Origin: Candidatus Poribacteria bacterium
GTDB taxonomy: Bacteria > Poribacteria > WGA-4E > WGA-3G
DNA: 64,000 bases
Direction of reading: 5' to 3'
NCBI GenBank assembly: GCA_965242965.1
Contig: OZ251518.1
Coordinates: 5,568,001 to 5,632,000, forward strand
Within the stretch, counting starts at the first letter, position 1. Each line of letters starts with the position of its first letter. Shown one piece after another: positions 1-9,462 of this stretch. Under the pieces are notes generated by a model. That model made no database searches and was not told the origin of the DNA. It saw only the letters and a program-made list of their open reading frames with translations. Both the position numbers and the translations under genes were made by a program.

Positions 1-2
1 AA

Positions 3-665
3 GGGTTCTATCTGAAACTTACCGATAGAAATAGGAATCTCGTCGATGAAGTCGGGAATAGGGACAGCGATCGGCGTTCGGACGATGCGCCGGCCTGGGC
101 ATTACCGCTGAGTAGCGAGGAAGGTTCGCGGAGTTCCCTCATTCGGCGTTACACCGAGGGCACCTCGGCTGCGGCACCGGGGCAAAAGAGGTCGAGTTGG
201 ATCTTGGCGGCGCATGTCAAGAAAGTCGTCTCTAGTAGCGATGCGCTCTACTGGGGTGATGCCGAGGACATCGGCACGCCGGGGCATCGTGAAGGCGGTG
301 CATTACCTGTTGAGTTATCAAGTTTCTCGCTGACGCGCACCGAAGCCGGTGCTGTCGTCTTGACATGGACAACCGAGTCTGAAGTCGACAACGCCGGTTT
401 CAATCTACGCCGCAGTGAAAAGCGCGCGAGTGGTTTCACGCTCTTGAATCCTGCGCTCATCGCCGGTGCCGGCACGACAGGGGAACGTCAAACGTATACG
501 TTTACGGATACGTCTGCGAAGCCGGGGGTTGAGTATTACTATCAGATCGAGGAAGTTGCGTTTGATGGTAAGCCAGAGACATTAGCGATGCGTATGTTGC
601 GCGGTCCCGTCTCTGCGGCAAATCGGATGCTGACGACGTTTGGTGAGGTGAAGAAAACGAAGTAA
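3..665 (+). CDS. 5'-truncated secreted protein; lamin-tail-like end, LPVELSSF Ig/FN3-like module, C-terminal LTTFGEVK tag
   Basis: Frame 3 is open from the window start (GFYLKLTD..VDEVGN..GTPG..LPVELSSF..WTTESEVDNAGFN). Confidence 0.7.
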   Translation, partial: GFYLKLTDRNRNLVDEVGNRDSDRRSDDAPAWALPLSSEEGSRSSLIRRYTEGTSAAAPGQKRSSWILAAHVKKVVSSSDALYWGDAEDIGTPGHREGGALPVELSSFSLTRTEAGAVVLTWTTESEVDNAGFNLRRSEKRASGFTLLNPALIAGAGTTGERQTYTFTDTSAKPGVEYYYQIEEVAFDGKPETLAMRMLRGPVSAANRMLTTFGEVKKTK

Positions 666-865
666 CCGTAGCGCGGGGGCCTGTCCCCCGCAATCTCTCG
701 ATCACCGTAGCGCGGGGGCCTATCCCCCGCGCATTTTTTTCTTTCTGGCCCGTAGCGCGGGAACCTGTCCCCCGCGTTTTTTTTCATTCACCGTAGCGCG
801 AGGGCCTGTCCCTCGCGATCTCTGGCGATACCCAACATTGGCGAGGGACAGGCCCTCGCCCTACG
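666..865. repeat. GTAG-REP cluster (families A and B)
   Basis: Four GTAGCGCGGGGGCCTGTCCCCCGCG-like copies plus an inverted GGCGAGGGACAGGCCCTCGCCCTAC. Confidence 0.9.
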
Positions 866-892
866 ATTTTGTCATTTTTCTCATAATTTTCC

Positions 893-918
893 AACCTTTT
901 CTACACAAGTTTGTCTAA
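893..918 (+). promoter_or_regulatory. Putative ECF sigma promoter of the DUF4956-CotH operon
   Basis: AACCTTTT-N12-GTCTAA, with the same boxes and spacing as 4648-4673. Confidence 0.55.
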
Positions 919-970
919 TTATGATATAATCGGCACAGACTCTTGACAGATTTTTGATTGACAAAACGGA

Positions 971-1630
971 ATGCATAACTTGACCGAATTTTTAACATTG
1001 CCGCCGCTCATTGCGCTTGGCGTGGATGCACTGAGACTGCTCCTCGCGTTCGCGCTCGGCCTTTTTATTGTTAGCATTTATCAGTGGACGCACACGAAAG
1101 TCCCGCAAAGGTCGTTTACCGACACGCTCATCATCCTCTGCATGCTTATCTCTGTCGTGATGGTTATCATCGGAGATAGCATCGCGCGGGCGTTTAGCCT
1201 CGTCGGCGCGTTATCGATTATCCGATTCCGGACCGCGGTACAAGACCCGCGCGATATCGCTTTCGTCTTTTACGCGCTCGCAGTCGGCATGGCAGTCGGC
1301 GCAGGAAATCCATCTGTCGCCGTGCTGGCAACGTTTCTCATTGGCATCATTATCTTCGCGATGCACCGCTGGCACCAGCGGTTCGGTGACGACAACGAAT
1401 TTAACCTTGAATTTTGTCTACCGCCTAACAGCGAAGCCGAAACCGTTTACCGTTCCGTTTTTGAAAAGCATCTCATTTACGAACGGCTGCTTGAAAAGCG
1501 GATTAAGAGATCTGGGCAAGTTGAACTGACATTCCGCGTGAAATTGGCAGAACCTGACGCATGGATTGCCTTCTTTAACGCATTGTCGGAAATCGAAAAC
1601 GTCACGGACGTGAAATTGGACAAAGAATAA
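971..1630 (+). CDS. DUF4956 family membrane protein
   Basis: SIARAFSLVGALSIIRFRTAVQDPRD motif, several TM helices and an ACT-like C-terminus. Confidence 0.85.
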   Translation: MHNLTEFLTLPPLIALGVDALRLLLAFALGLFIVSIYQWTHTKVPQRSFTDTLIILCMLISVVMVIIGDSIARAFSLVGALSIIRFRTAVQDPRDIAFVFYALAVGMAVGAGNPSVAVLATFLIGIIIFAMHRWHQRFGDDNEFNLEFCLPPNSEAETVYRSVFEKHLIYERLLEKRIKRSGQVELTFRVKLAEPDAWIAFFNALSEIENVTDVKLDKE

Positions 1631-1692
1631 AGGTGAATAAGGGGAATAAGGGTGGATGTCTAGAGCCGCCCAAAAAATGGAGAATTCATTCA

Positions 1693-4164
1693 ATGAAACG
1701 CACAATTTTAATTGCACTTATTGCACTTATCGCCGGACTGGCGATGAACGCAGACGCTAAACTCACAGACGAAGAGAAACGGTTTGACCTGGATGGAAAC
1801 GGGATGCTGGCACCCGAAGAAGGTGAACTCATGATGCATGTCACGGGATTGGAAGCGTTCACCGGCGAAAAATTCACGCGGGAAGATATTGAGGATGTCA
1901 ACCGCTCCCTCGACGCTGACAGAAATGCTGGCGGACCCGGGGGAATGCCCAGATTCGGCGGCGGCAGGGGACGCGGGCCGGGGCCCGCCGAAAAAATCGT
2001 CGCGCAATTTGATACCGATGGCGATGGAAAACTGACCGGGGACGAACGAACAGCGGCACTAAGCACACGCCTCGGCGGAGATTTCTCTCGGGTAAGTCCC
2101 GCAAAGCCGAGCGGCGATATTGAGAGCGACATCGCCACAAGCCGCGCAGCGAAACCTAAAGGTTCACCGGCACTCTACGATGAAGATACGATGCGCACCC
2201 TCTACCTCCGCTTCCACGACGAGGATTGGTATGAACAGATGAACGCGTTTTATCGCACCGATGTGGAGGTGCCCGCTGATCTGGTTGTCGATGGGAAGGT
2301 GTATCGGGATGTCGGTGTCCACTTCCGCGGCTCATCCTCCTATTTCACGGTGGATTCGGAGAAGAAGTCGTTCAACATCGCTGTCGACTATGGAGATGAT
2401 GGACAGCGGTTGGACGGCTACAAAACGCTCAACCTGCTCAATGGGCACGTCGATGCCTCGTTTATGCGAGAGGTGCTTTACAATCGCATCGCGCGCGATT
2501 ACATCCCCGCCATGAAATCCAATTTTGTCAAACTGGTAATCAACGGCGAAAGTTGGGGTGTCTATATCAATCTCCAGCAGTATAACAAGGATTTCCTCGC
2601 CGAGTGGTTCGGCACGAAAGGGGGAGTTCGGTGGAAGGTGGGACCCGGGGGTGGCGCGCTCGTTTATTCGGGAGACGAGCTCCAATACTACAAAGAGACT
2701 TACCAGATCAAAACGAGGGATGCCGAAGATTCTTGGCAGGCTCTCATCGCGCTCTGTCAGCTGCTTGATGACGCGACACCGGATAAGGTGCTGGAGGAGA
2801 AACTGCCCGCAGTCTTCAACATTGATGGCGCGCTCTGGCAACTCGCCGTTGCGAACGTCTTCATGGATGACGACAGTTACATCCACAAGGGCGGCGATTA
2901 CGCCATTTATCTTGATGTCAACGGCAGATTCCACCTCGTCCCGCACGATAACAATGAGAGTTTCCGATTTGCGAGAGGCGGTAGACGAGGCGGTCCCGGG
3001 GGTGGCCGCGGTCCCGGTGGCTGGTCTTGGGGAACAATAGAGGATGGCATGGTATCGCCTGTCACGCACCAAGACAGCCCGACTCGTCCTGTCATCAAAC
3101 GGCTGCTTTCGCACCCGCAATGGCGCGCCCGATATCTCGCGCACGTCCGCACTGTCGTTGAGGAATCGCTGGATTGGGAGGTGATTGAACCGATTGTCAC
3201 GGCGTATCAGCAGCTCATCAATGCCGAAGTGCTGGATGACAATAAGAAACTTTACGCCTACCAAGACTTCACGAACTCGATCAGCGGTAGTGGTGCTAGC
3301 GGCGGCAGAGGCGCGCCGAGTCTTGAGGGGTTCGTCACGCAAAGACGCGATTATCTGCTCAAGCATCCGGAGTTGAATAAACCCGCGCCGAAAATTGTCT
3401 CTGTTTCCAAGCCGCTTTCCGAACCAGTCGCGGAGCAACCCGTGGACATCAAGGCGGAACTTGATAAATCTGTTGCAGTAGATTCGGTCTGGTTGTATTA
3501 TGGCACAGACCTGGATGGCGTTTTCGATTCCGTTGCAATGGCATCGGTAGACACCGGTTCCAATGCTGTGCGCGGCGAGATTCCTGCTTTTCCGGCAGGC
3601 ACCACAGTCTACTATTACGTTGAGGCGAACGCAGTGAAAACCCATGGCACGACGGCATTTTGGCCTGCGCGCGCCGAGATGGGCGCGGCGCATTACCGCG
3701 TCGGTGCAACCCTTGCGAAAGAAACCCCGGTCGTCATTAACGAGTTGATGGCGGCAAATACGAATAGCCTCGCGGACCCGCAGGGCCAGCACGAGGACTG
3801 GCTCGAGCTGCACAACATCACCGATAACACGGTAAGCCTTGCGGGGATGTATCTGACAGATAAGGCGGACAATCTTGCGAAGTGGGCATTTCCGGAAAAC
3901 ACGACGATTCCGGCGCGTGGGTATCTCATTGTGTGGTTAGATGAAGACGGTAAGGCTCCGGAAGGGCTCCACGCCAACTTCAAACTATCCCGCAGCGGTG
4001 AGACTGTGATGCTAGTGGATACGAATGCGCGCGGGAATCAGGTGCTTGACAAAGTCGCCTTTGACGAACAGGAAAGGGATGTCGCTATTGGCAGGTGGCC
4101 GAACGGCTCGGGCAACCTCCGTCAGGTGATGATGACACCGGGGGAAGGGAACAAGTTGAAATGA
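1693..4164 (+). CDS. CotH kinase family protein with EF-hand-like motifs and C-terminal lamin-tail domain
   Basis: Signal peptide; DLDGNG/DTDGDG loops; VGVHFRGSSS, KKSFNI, LVINGESWGVY, PHDNNESF; VVINELMA..DWLELHN. Confidence 0.85.
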   Translation: MKRTILIALIALIAGLAMNADAKLTDEEKRFDLDGNGMLAPEEGELMMHVTGLEAFTGEKFTREDIEDVNRSLDADRNAGGPGGMPRFGGGRGRGPGPAEKIVAQFDTDGDGKLTGDERTAALSTRLGGDFSRVSPAKPSGDIESDIATSRAAKPKGSPALYDEDTMRTLYLRFHDEDWYEQMNAFYRTDVEVPADLVVDGKVYRDVGVHFRGSSSYFTVDSEKKSFNIAVDYGDDGQRLDGYKTLNLLNGHVDASFMREVLYNRIARDYIPAMKSNFVKLVINGESWGVYINLQQYNKDFLAEWFGTKGGVRWKVGPGGGALVYSGDELQYYKETYQIKTRDAEDSWQALIALCQLLDDATPDKVLEEKLPAVFNIDGALWQLAVANVFMDDDSYIHKGGDYAIYLDVNGRFHLVPHDNNESFRFARGGRRGGPGGGRGPGGWSWGTIEDGMVSPVTHQDSPTRPVIKRLLSHPQWRARYLAHVRTVVEESLDWEVIEPIVTAYQQLINAEVLDDNKKLYAYQDFTNSISGSGASGGRGAPSLEGFVTQRRDYLLKHPELNKPAPKIVSVSKPLSEPVAEQPVDIKAELDKSVAVDSVWLYYGTDLDGVFDSVAMASVDTGSNAVRGEIPAFPAGTTVYYYVEANAVKTHGTTAFWPARAEMGAAHYRVGATLAKETPVVINELMAANTNSLADPQGQHEDWLELHNITDNTVSLAGMYLTDKADNLAKWAFPENTTIPARGYLIVWLDEDGKAPEGLHANFKLSRSGETVMLVDTNARGNQVLDKVAFDEQERDVAIGRWPNGSGNLRQVMMTPGEGNKLK

Positions 4165-4194
4165 AGGGGTTAATACCAAAACGCCTTTGGGCCT

Positions 4195-4625
4195 GTAGTG
4201 CGGGGGCCTGTCCCCCGCAAGTGCGTGGCGAGGGACAGGCCCTCGCCCTACGGTGACGTTCCGTTTTTTTTCGTAGTGCGGGGGCCTGTCCCCCGCAAGC
4301 GTTCGTTAAGCAAAGAACCTCCGCCGCATTCGGAGCATGGCGAGGGACAGGCCCTCGCCCTACGGTGACGTTCCGTTTTTTTTCGTAGTGCGGGGGCCTG
4401 TCCCCCGCAATCATGCCTTAAACGAAGAACCTCCGCTGCATCCGGTGCATGGCGAGGGACAGGCCCTCGCCCTACGGAATTGGGGAACAAAGGCGAGAGA
4501 CAGACCTGTTTGTGATCAGGCGATCACAAACTACAGATGGGGAGGAACTGGGGAACAAAGGCGAGGGACAGGCCTCGCCCTACGGAAACGGGGAACGAAT
4601 CGGGGAACAAACCGGGGAACGAAAT
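4195..4625. repeat. GTAG-REP cluster with internal tandem duplication and GGGGAAC short repeats
   Basis: Alternating A and inverted B units; repeated CGGGGAAC(G/A)AA at ~4588-4623. Confidence 0.85.
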
Positions 4626-4647
4626 CGTTCCGCGAATGAAAAAAACG

Positions 4648-4673
4648 AACCTTTTGTTGCATTGAACGTCTAA
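4648..4673 (+). promoter_or_regulatory. Putative autoregulatory RpoE-type promoter
   Basis: GAACCT-N16-TCTAA resembles the sigmaE consensus GAACTT-N16-TCTAA and lies directly upstream of the ECF gene. Confidence 0.6.
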
Positions 4674-4732
4674 TACAGTAACAACCGAAGATTGCCGCAA
4701 CGATGAACGGCAAAACAGTTTTGGAGGAAACA

Positions 4733-5365
4733 ATGTCTGTTGCTACCTTTACAACCTATATGGATATCTACTCGGAGGTTGAAACCGAGTCGCTAGAAGA
4801 TTTTGACCTCGAGGAGGAGCGCGAAATCGTCTTGCAGTGCCAAGGTGGCGATGTCGATGCGATGGAGGTGCTCGTGCTGCGCTATCAGCAGTGGGGATAT
4901 AACATCGCCTACGGCATTCTCGGCCATCACGAAGACGCGCAGGATGTCACGCAAGACGCGTTCCTCTCCGTGTGGCAAAACATCGGGCAGTTCAAGTTCA
5001 AGTCCCGATTTTCCACGTGGTTCTACCGCATCGTGAAGAACAAGGCTCTGAATCTGATTAATCAGCGGCAACGCCGCAAAACCGAGCCGATGGATATCGA
5101 CGATACGCAGCCGTGGGTACCGCTTGAAACGGAAACGCCGGAACGCTTGGCACTGCTTGAGGAACGCAAGCGGCTCGTCCACGAGGCACTCGCTAGACTG
5201 AAGGAGAACCATCGGACTATCCTGGTCCTTCGCGAACTGCAGGAGCTCTCCTATAACGAGATCGCCGAGGTTGTCGGTTGCACGCTCGGACGCGTCAAAT
5301 CCCGACTGCACGAGGCGCGGAAGGCGTTGAAAGCGGAATTGGAGAAGATTGACTACGAGTGGTAA
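4733..5365 (+). CDS. ECF RNA polymerase sigma factor (RpoE-like)
   Basis: DAQDVTQDAF, FSTWFYRI, LSYNEIAE..GRVKSRLH; GGAGG RBS. Confidence 0.92.
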   Translation: MSVATFTTYMDIYSEVETESLEDFDLEEEREIVLQCQGGDVDAMEVLVLRYQQWGYNIAYGILGHHEDAQDVTQDAFLSVWQNIGQFKFKSRFSTWFYRIVKNKALNLINQRQRRKTEPMDIDDTQPWVPLETETPERLALLEERKRLVHEALARLKENHRTILVLRELQELSYNEIAEVVGCTLGRVKSRLHEARKALKAELEKIDYEW

Positions 5366-5376
5366 GGGGTTTTTCG

Positions 5377-5943
5377 ATGGACCATGAACGAATCCAAAAG
5401 GAATTATCCGCCTATTTAGACGACGAATTGTCGCCGGCGAAGCAGGAACAGGTTGCGGCGCATCTGCGCGACTGCGCCGAGTGTCAGCAGATGTTCAACG
5501 CGTTCAAGCGGAACCGTCGTCGGATTGCCGGCATTAAGTCTACTGTGCCGCCGATAAGGGAAGCAGTAATGGGCCGGATTCGCGCGGGAGAGGTGCTGCA
5601 GCCTGTGCCCGTTTCCCAACGCCTCGGCATCCTCATCAGAGATGCCGCGCTTGCACTGCAATCGCTGAAGGGCACAAGGCACTGGTTCTTCCGTCCGATA
5701 ACGGCAGGAGCTAGCGCGGTTTTGACACTCGCGCTTATCGTGGGATTCCTTTACCTTTATCCGACTGGCACTCACTATGAAGAGGCACTCGATTTCTACT
5801 TCGGCATCCATGCTGAACAGGTGTCGGGGAGCCCGTTGCGTTCAAACGTCGGGACCCCGCTCAGCCGTAGTCTGACAGATTCCATCGCCACCGTTGCCAC
5901 CATTGATGATGCTGAGTTGTTTGAGTTGTATTTGGAGGAGTGA
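5377..5943 (+). CDS. Zinc-finger (zf-HC2) membrane anti-sigma factor
   Basis: LSAYLDDEL..HLRDCAEC plus one TM helix; follows the sigma gene. Confidence 0.88.
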   Translation: MDHERIQKELSAYLDDELSPAKQEQVAAHLRDCAECQQMFNAFKRNRRRIAGIKSTVPPIREAVMGRIRAGEVLQPVPVSQRLGILIRDAALALQSLKGTRHWFFRPITAGASAVLTLALIVGFLYLYPTGTHYEEALDFYFGIHAEQVSGSPLRSNVGTPLSRSLTDSIATVATIDDAELFELYLEE

Positions 5944-5992
5944 GCCTGCGTCGGACAGGTTTCCCTCGCCTTGCGAACGATGGAAATTTTTT

Positions 5993-7009
5993 ATGAAGTA
6001 TCTCAACCTCATTTGTCTCTTGACGTTAACCTTTTGCTTCTGGCCCGCTAGCGCGCCGGTTGCTGATGTTGACACGCTTTGCCGCATCGCGGCGGCCCAG
6101 CGCGATGTCAGTTACGTCGGCGTTCGACTCAAGACGCGCGGTACCGCCAGAGGCACGAAGACGATGGAGGAGCTCGTCATCCATAAAAGTGCCGAGGACT
6201 CCTACCGGAAAGTGTTGTCCATTGTCGGCGAAAAACAGCCCACCGCGCGGGAACACAAACGCGATGCAGACAACAGAACCCGCCGTCGCAGAGGCAGAGA
6301 ACGGGGTAAAGGCAGAGAGTTTAGCAGATGGGAACGCAATCGGAGCCAATTCTCTCAGAAAGAAATCGAACTTATCACCCAAAATTACCATCTGAAAGTG
6401 GAGGATAGAGGCGAGAAAACCTTGGGCCACGAGACTCTCCTCTTAATGATTGAACCGAAACTGCCGCAGCGTCCCTCTAAATATATCACCTTCGCGCGCA
6501 AAAACGGCGTGATTTTGGAGGTGAAAGACATGGACTCGGAAGGCACGCTGCGCGAAATGTTCGCCTATACGCGACTCAGTTTCGAGCCGGAAGTGGTGCA
6601 GGCGCAATGGCAGAAATACCAAGGTGAAATTCACGTCCCACCACGGCGCAGTCAACCGATTTCTTATGAAGAGGCAAGTCGGTTGCTTAATGACAAACTT
6701 GTCCAGCCGGCATACCTGCCGACAGGCTTCCAACTGCTAGAACTTCGGAGCATTAAAGAGAAACGCGCAATTCACCTGACTTACACGGATGGGCTGCTGG
6801 GTTTCTCAATCTTTGAGACTGCCAGGAGTCGGATGCGGGGGGAGCGGCGCGGCGAGAGAATTCACCTCCACGGAACGGATGTCTATAAACACGAACGCGG
6901 GCATGAAGATGTCTTCATCTGGTCCCACGCGGACATCGTCTTTTTCTTATACGGCGCAGTCCCATCTTCCGAAAAGTTGAAGGTGGTTGAGTCTATCATC
7001 AAACGGTGA
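5993..7009 (+). CDS. MucB/RseB-like periplasmic anti-sigma partner
   Basis: Signal peptide; PAYLPTGF..LTYTDGLLGFSIFE C-terminal motif; third gene of the sigma operon. Confidence 0.7.
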   Translation: MKYLNLICLLTLTFCFWPASAPVADVDTLCRIAAAQRDVSYVGVRLKTRGTARGTKTMEELVIHKSAEDSYRKVLSIVGEKQPTAREHKRDADNRTRRRRGRERGKGREFSRWERNRSQFSQKEIELITQNYHLKVEDRGEKTLGHETLLLMIEPKLPQRPSKYITFARKNGVILEVKDMDSEGTLREMFAYTRLSFEPEVVQAQWQKYQGEIHVPPRRSQPISYEEASRLLNDKLVQPAYLPTGFQLLELRSIKEKRAIHLTYTDGLLGFSIFETARSRMRGERRGERIHLHGTDVYKHERGHEDVFIWSHADIVFFLYGAVPSSEKLKVVESIIKR

Positions 7010-7072
7010 CGCGATGCCCTAGGCTCGTAGCGTGAGGGGCCTGTTCCCCGCGATAAAATGCCTTACCAAAGC

Positions 7073-7119
7073 CCGAGTCAAGGTTTCCCCATCCTTTAGG
7101 TTGGGGATGTAGACTCGCC
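7073..7119. mobile_element. IS200/IS605-like end hairpin
   Basis: CCCCATCCTTTAGGTTGGGG stem-loop enclosed by GAGTC/GACTC, upstream of the tnpB remnant. Confidence 0.55.
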
Positions 7120-7155
7120 CTCTTTTGTCAGTGCAAACCTTTAAGCAAAAAAGAT

Positions 7156-7184
7156 TTGCATTTCTATTGCAATAGATGTATAAT
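7156..7184 (+). promoter_or_regulatory. Sigma70 promoter with a palindrome in the spacer
   Basis: TTGCAT-N17-TATAAT; the spacer holds the perfect palindrome TCTATTGCAATAGA. Confidence 0.7.
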
Positions 7185-7292
7185 TAACGTTACCGTGTCG
7201 GCGAGAGACTTTTCTACCCGTTGCATCCTTGCAACGGTTTCTCTCGCCACCGAACTGTAGAAAAGCGGTGAATCGGACGGTGATGCGGTACC

Positions 7293-7765
7293 ATGATACG
7301 CACATTTGGCTATAAACTCAAACCGACAAAGACGCAAGTGCTTTGGTTTGAGGATATCTTGGAACGCCTTCGGCAACTCCAGAATTCCGCACTGAACGGG
7401 CGAAAAGCCGTTTATGAGACTGAAGGACGCACACTTGGATTCAGTGAGCAGTGTCAGGAACTCACGGCGGCACGTCGTCAGGATACCTACTATCGGAAAG
7501 TGCCTGCACAATTCCAATAAAGCGTGTTGAAGCGTGTGGACAAATCGTTCAAAGGCTTCTTCCGGCGGGTGCGTGTGGGTGAAACGCATGGGTATCCTCG
7601 ATTTCGGAGTCGCAACCGTTCTTTCACGTGGAGTCTCCTCAAGGATAAGCATGGAAACCGCCAGCAACCTATACGGGATACGGACATCCGTTATGCTCGG
7701 TTGAAAGTGCCGAAGCTGGACGAGGTGAAGGTGCGGTTGTCTCGTCCATTGCAAGGTGACCCGGC
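7293..7765 (+). pseudogene. tnpB: TnpB (IS605 OrfB) N-terminal fragment with in-frame stop; RuvC half lost
   Basis: RTFGYKLKPT..LQNSAL..; TAA at 7518-7520, then in-frame SVLKRVDKSFKGFF..GYPRFRS..LKVPKL..SRPLQG; similarity ends at ~7765. Confidence 0.8.
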
Positions 7766-7807
7766 CGCCGAGAGAAACAACGAGATAACAAGCGAGGAGG
7801 TGTACGA

Positions 7808-8293
7808 TTGTATTTGTGCCATCGACGACTTGAAAGACGACCTGGCCGAGATCGACGCAGCACTCGCGACAATGCCCGATCTGTGCTGGTCGCACTCTTG
7901 CTAGCCGGGCTACTGGTGGGATGCAGTGCGACACAACGTAATCATGTCGCCCCCGAACCGACACAGGCGCAAGAGATCCTGGTAGTTAAACCTACCAGCG
8001 AGTTCTTCCCGCCAGGATCGTGGATAAGCCCAGAAGAGTTTGCCCGTTTGAATGGTAAACAAGCACTGGTATCTGGCAGAATTATTGATACCATGTTTGA
8101 GGAATTACCAGGCGTTGACACACATCTCTATCTGCGTCTTGGTGACAAGAAAGTTCAGTGCAAGATGTCACAAAGATTAGCAGCGCATGTTGTACGCAAA
8201 CTGGAACGGGAGGGCACCGAGATAACAATTCAAGGTCGTCTAGCAACTTTTACTGAAAATCATTTGTATATGAACGGCTGCCGATTGAAATAA
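7808..8293 (+). CDS. Putative lipoprotein with OB-fold-like domain; start uncertain
   Basis: LLLAGLLVGC lipobox; GKQALVSGRI..VQC..ITIQG..MNGCRL pattern. Confidence 0.5.
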   Translation: MYLCHRRLERRPGRDRRSTRDNARSVLVALLLAGLLVGCSATQRNHVAPEPTQAQEILVVKPTSEFFPPGSWISPEEFARLNGKQALVSGRIIDTMFEELPGVDTHLYLRLGDKKVQCKMSQRLAAHVVRKLEREGTEITIQGRLATFTENHLYMNGCRLK

Positions 8294-8587
8294 CTAACGG
8301 CGGGTCGGCGCGGTCGGGCCCGCACTACCATTGGAGAGGCGAAATAGGTTGCGCGACGATCCTCGCTAGTACGCGAGGCGTATGCGCCGTGTGGCGGTTG
8401 TCAATGCCGATGTGGCATCAGATACTGTCCGTGATGCCCATCAGCGTTTTTTTTCGGGAGGGGTATGCCCGCTGTCATTTTTGGTGGCGGTATGCGGGGT
8501 TTCGGGGAAGAGCAGGTCGAAATCTCATGAATTCTTATGAAATTATATGATTTTTAGGATAAAATCGTAAAAAGTCGTATATTTCAC

Positions 8588-8616
8588 TTGACTTTGCCCC
8601 CGAAATATCATATACT
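8588..8616 (+). promoter_or_regulatory. Sigma70 promoter
   Basis: TTGACT-N17-TATACT with an AT-rich upstream region. Confidence 0.65.
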
Positions 8617-8706
8617 TACAGTAGACTACGGCGGGCTGATCGTCCGCATAACAGCAAACGGTGGGTGCACGACAGACCCGCATTCTCAAATAGGAGGAAT
8701 TTGGTT

Positions 8707-9432
8707 GTGAATAAAGAACGTGATCCACGTGATCCAATCAAGACCGACATACAGATGGTAACACACAGGAAGTCATCGTGTTGTAAAGTCGATATGGTCG
8801 ATATAACTTTTGGCGGCGGTTTGACGGTGAATGCAACGCTCACGCCTATAGACAATATACTCTATGTAGCGTCTACAGGGACTATGCATAATTTGTGGAT
8901 TCTGCGGCAGGACGAGTTGCGTGCGTTTGGTATCGAGGTGCAGATGCCAATGGACAAACTGGTCTGGGATGGCATTGCACGCGAGCGTGACGAAGACGGC
9001 GAGATACTCCCGCATCAAGTCGCCAACATGTCGTGGTCAACAACTAAGGATTTCCTAGCATATGTCGGCAAACCTGTTATAGGGCGTGTTGACGAAAACG
9101 AGTACGGTATGGGACAACTCACCGCGATTGATGGCAACACTGCTAGCGTTGCGCGCGCGGATGAGAGTTCGTTCCAAACCACGCTCGATCACTTGTATGT
9201 GATGCAGCCCCTCTGCGATACCTATAAACGTGAATGGCAGAAGACACAAGTGCTCTACAAGATTCCGAAACGCGGACGCGGCGTGAGAACCTACGACGAA
9301 CTCTGCAAACTCCTTGCAGAGGAAATGACGCGCGCGGAACTGAATATCGCGCTTGTCGCATTGTTGGAAGAAGGTGTAATCGCACGGGACATCGATGGCT
9401 ATGATCATAACTACACCAGGATTGAGGCGTAG
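8707..9432 (+). CDS. Hypothetical protein, possible C-terminal winged helix
   Basis: AGGAGG RBS before GTG; C-terminal TYDELCKLL..ELNIALVALLEEGVI. Confidence 0.55.
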   Translation: MNKERDPRDPIKTDIQMVTHRKSSCCKVDMVDITFGGGLTVNATLTPIDNILYVASTGTMHNLWILRQDELRAFGIEVQMPMDKLVWDGIARERDEDGEILPHQVANMSWSTTKDFLAYVGKPVIGRVDENEYGMGQLTAIDGNTASVARADESSFQTTLDHLYVMQPLCDTYKREWQKTQVLYKIPKRGRGVRTYDELCKLLAEEMTRAELNIALVALLEEGVIARDIDGYDHNYTRIEA

Positions 9433-9462
9433 TCACTAACGCCGGCGGGTCGGCATAGCTCG

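Noticed and set aside
7524-7904. Stand-alone 126-aa ORF or a functional RuvC-less TnpB derivative
   Set aside because: It is the post-stop continuation of tnpB fused to unrelated sequence, and most of the protein is missing.
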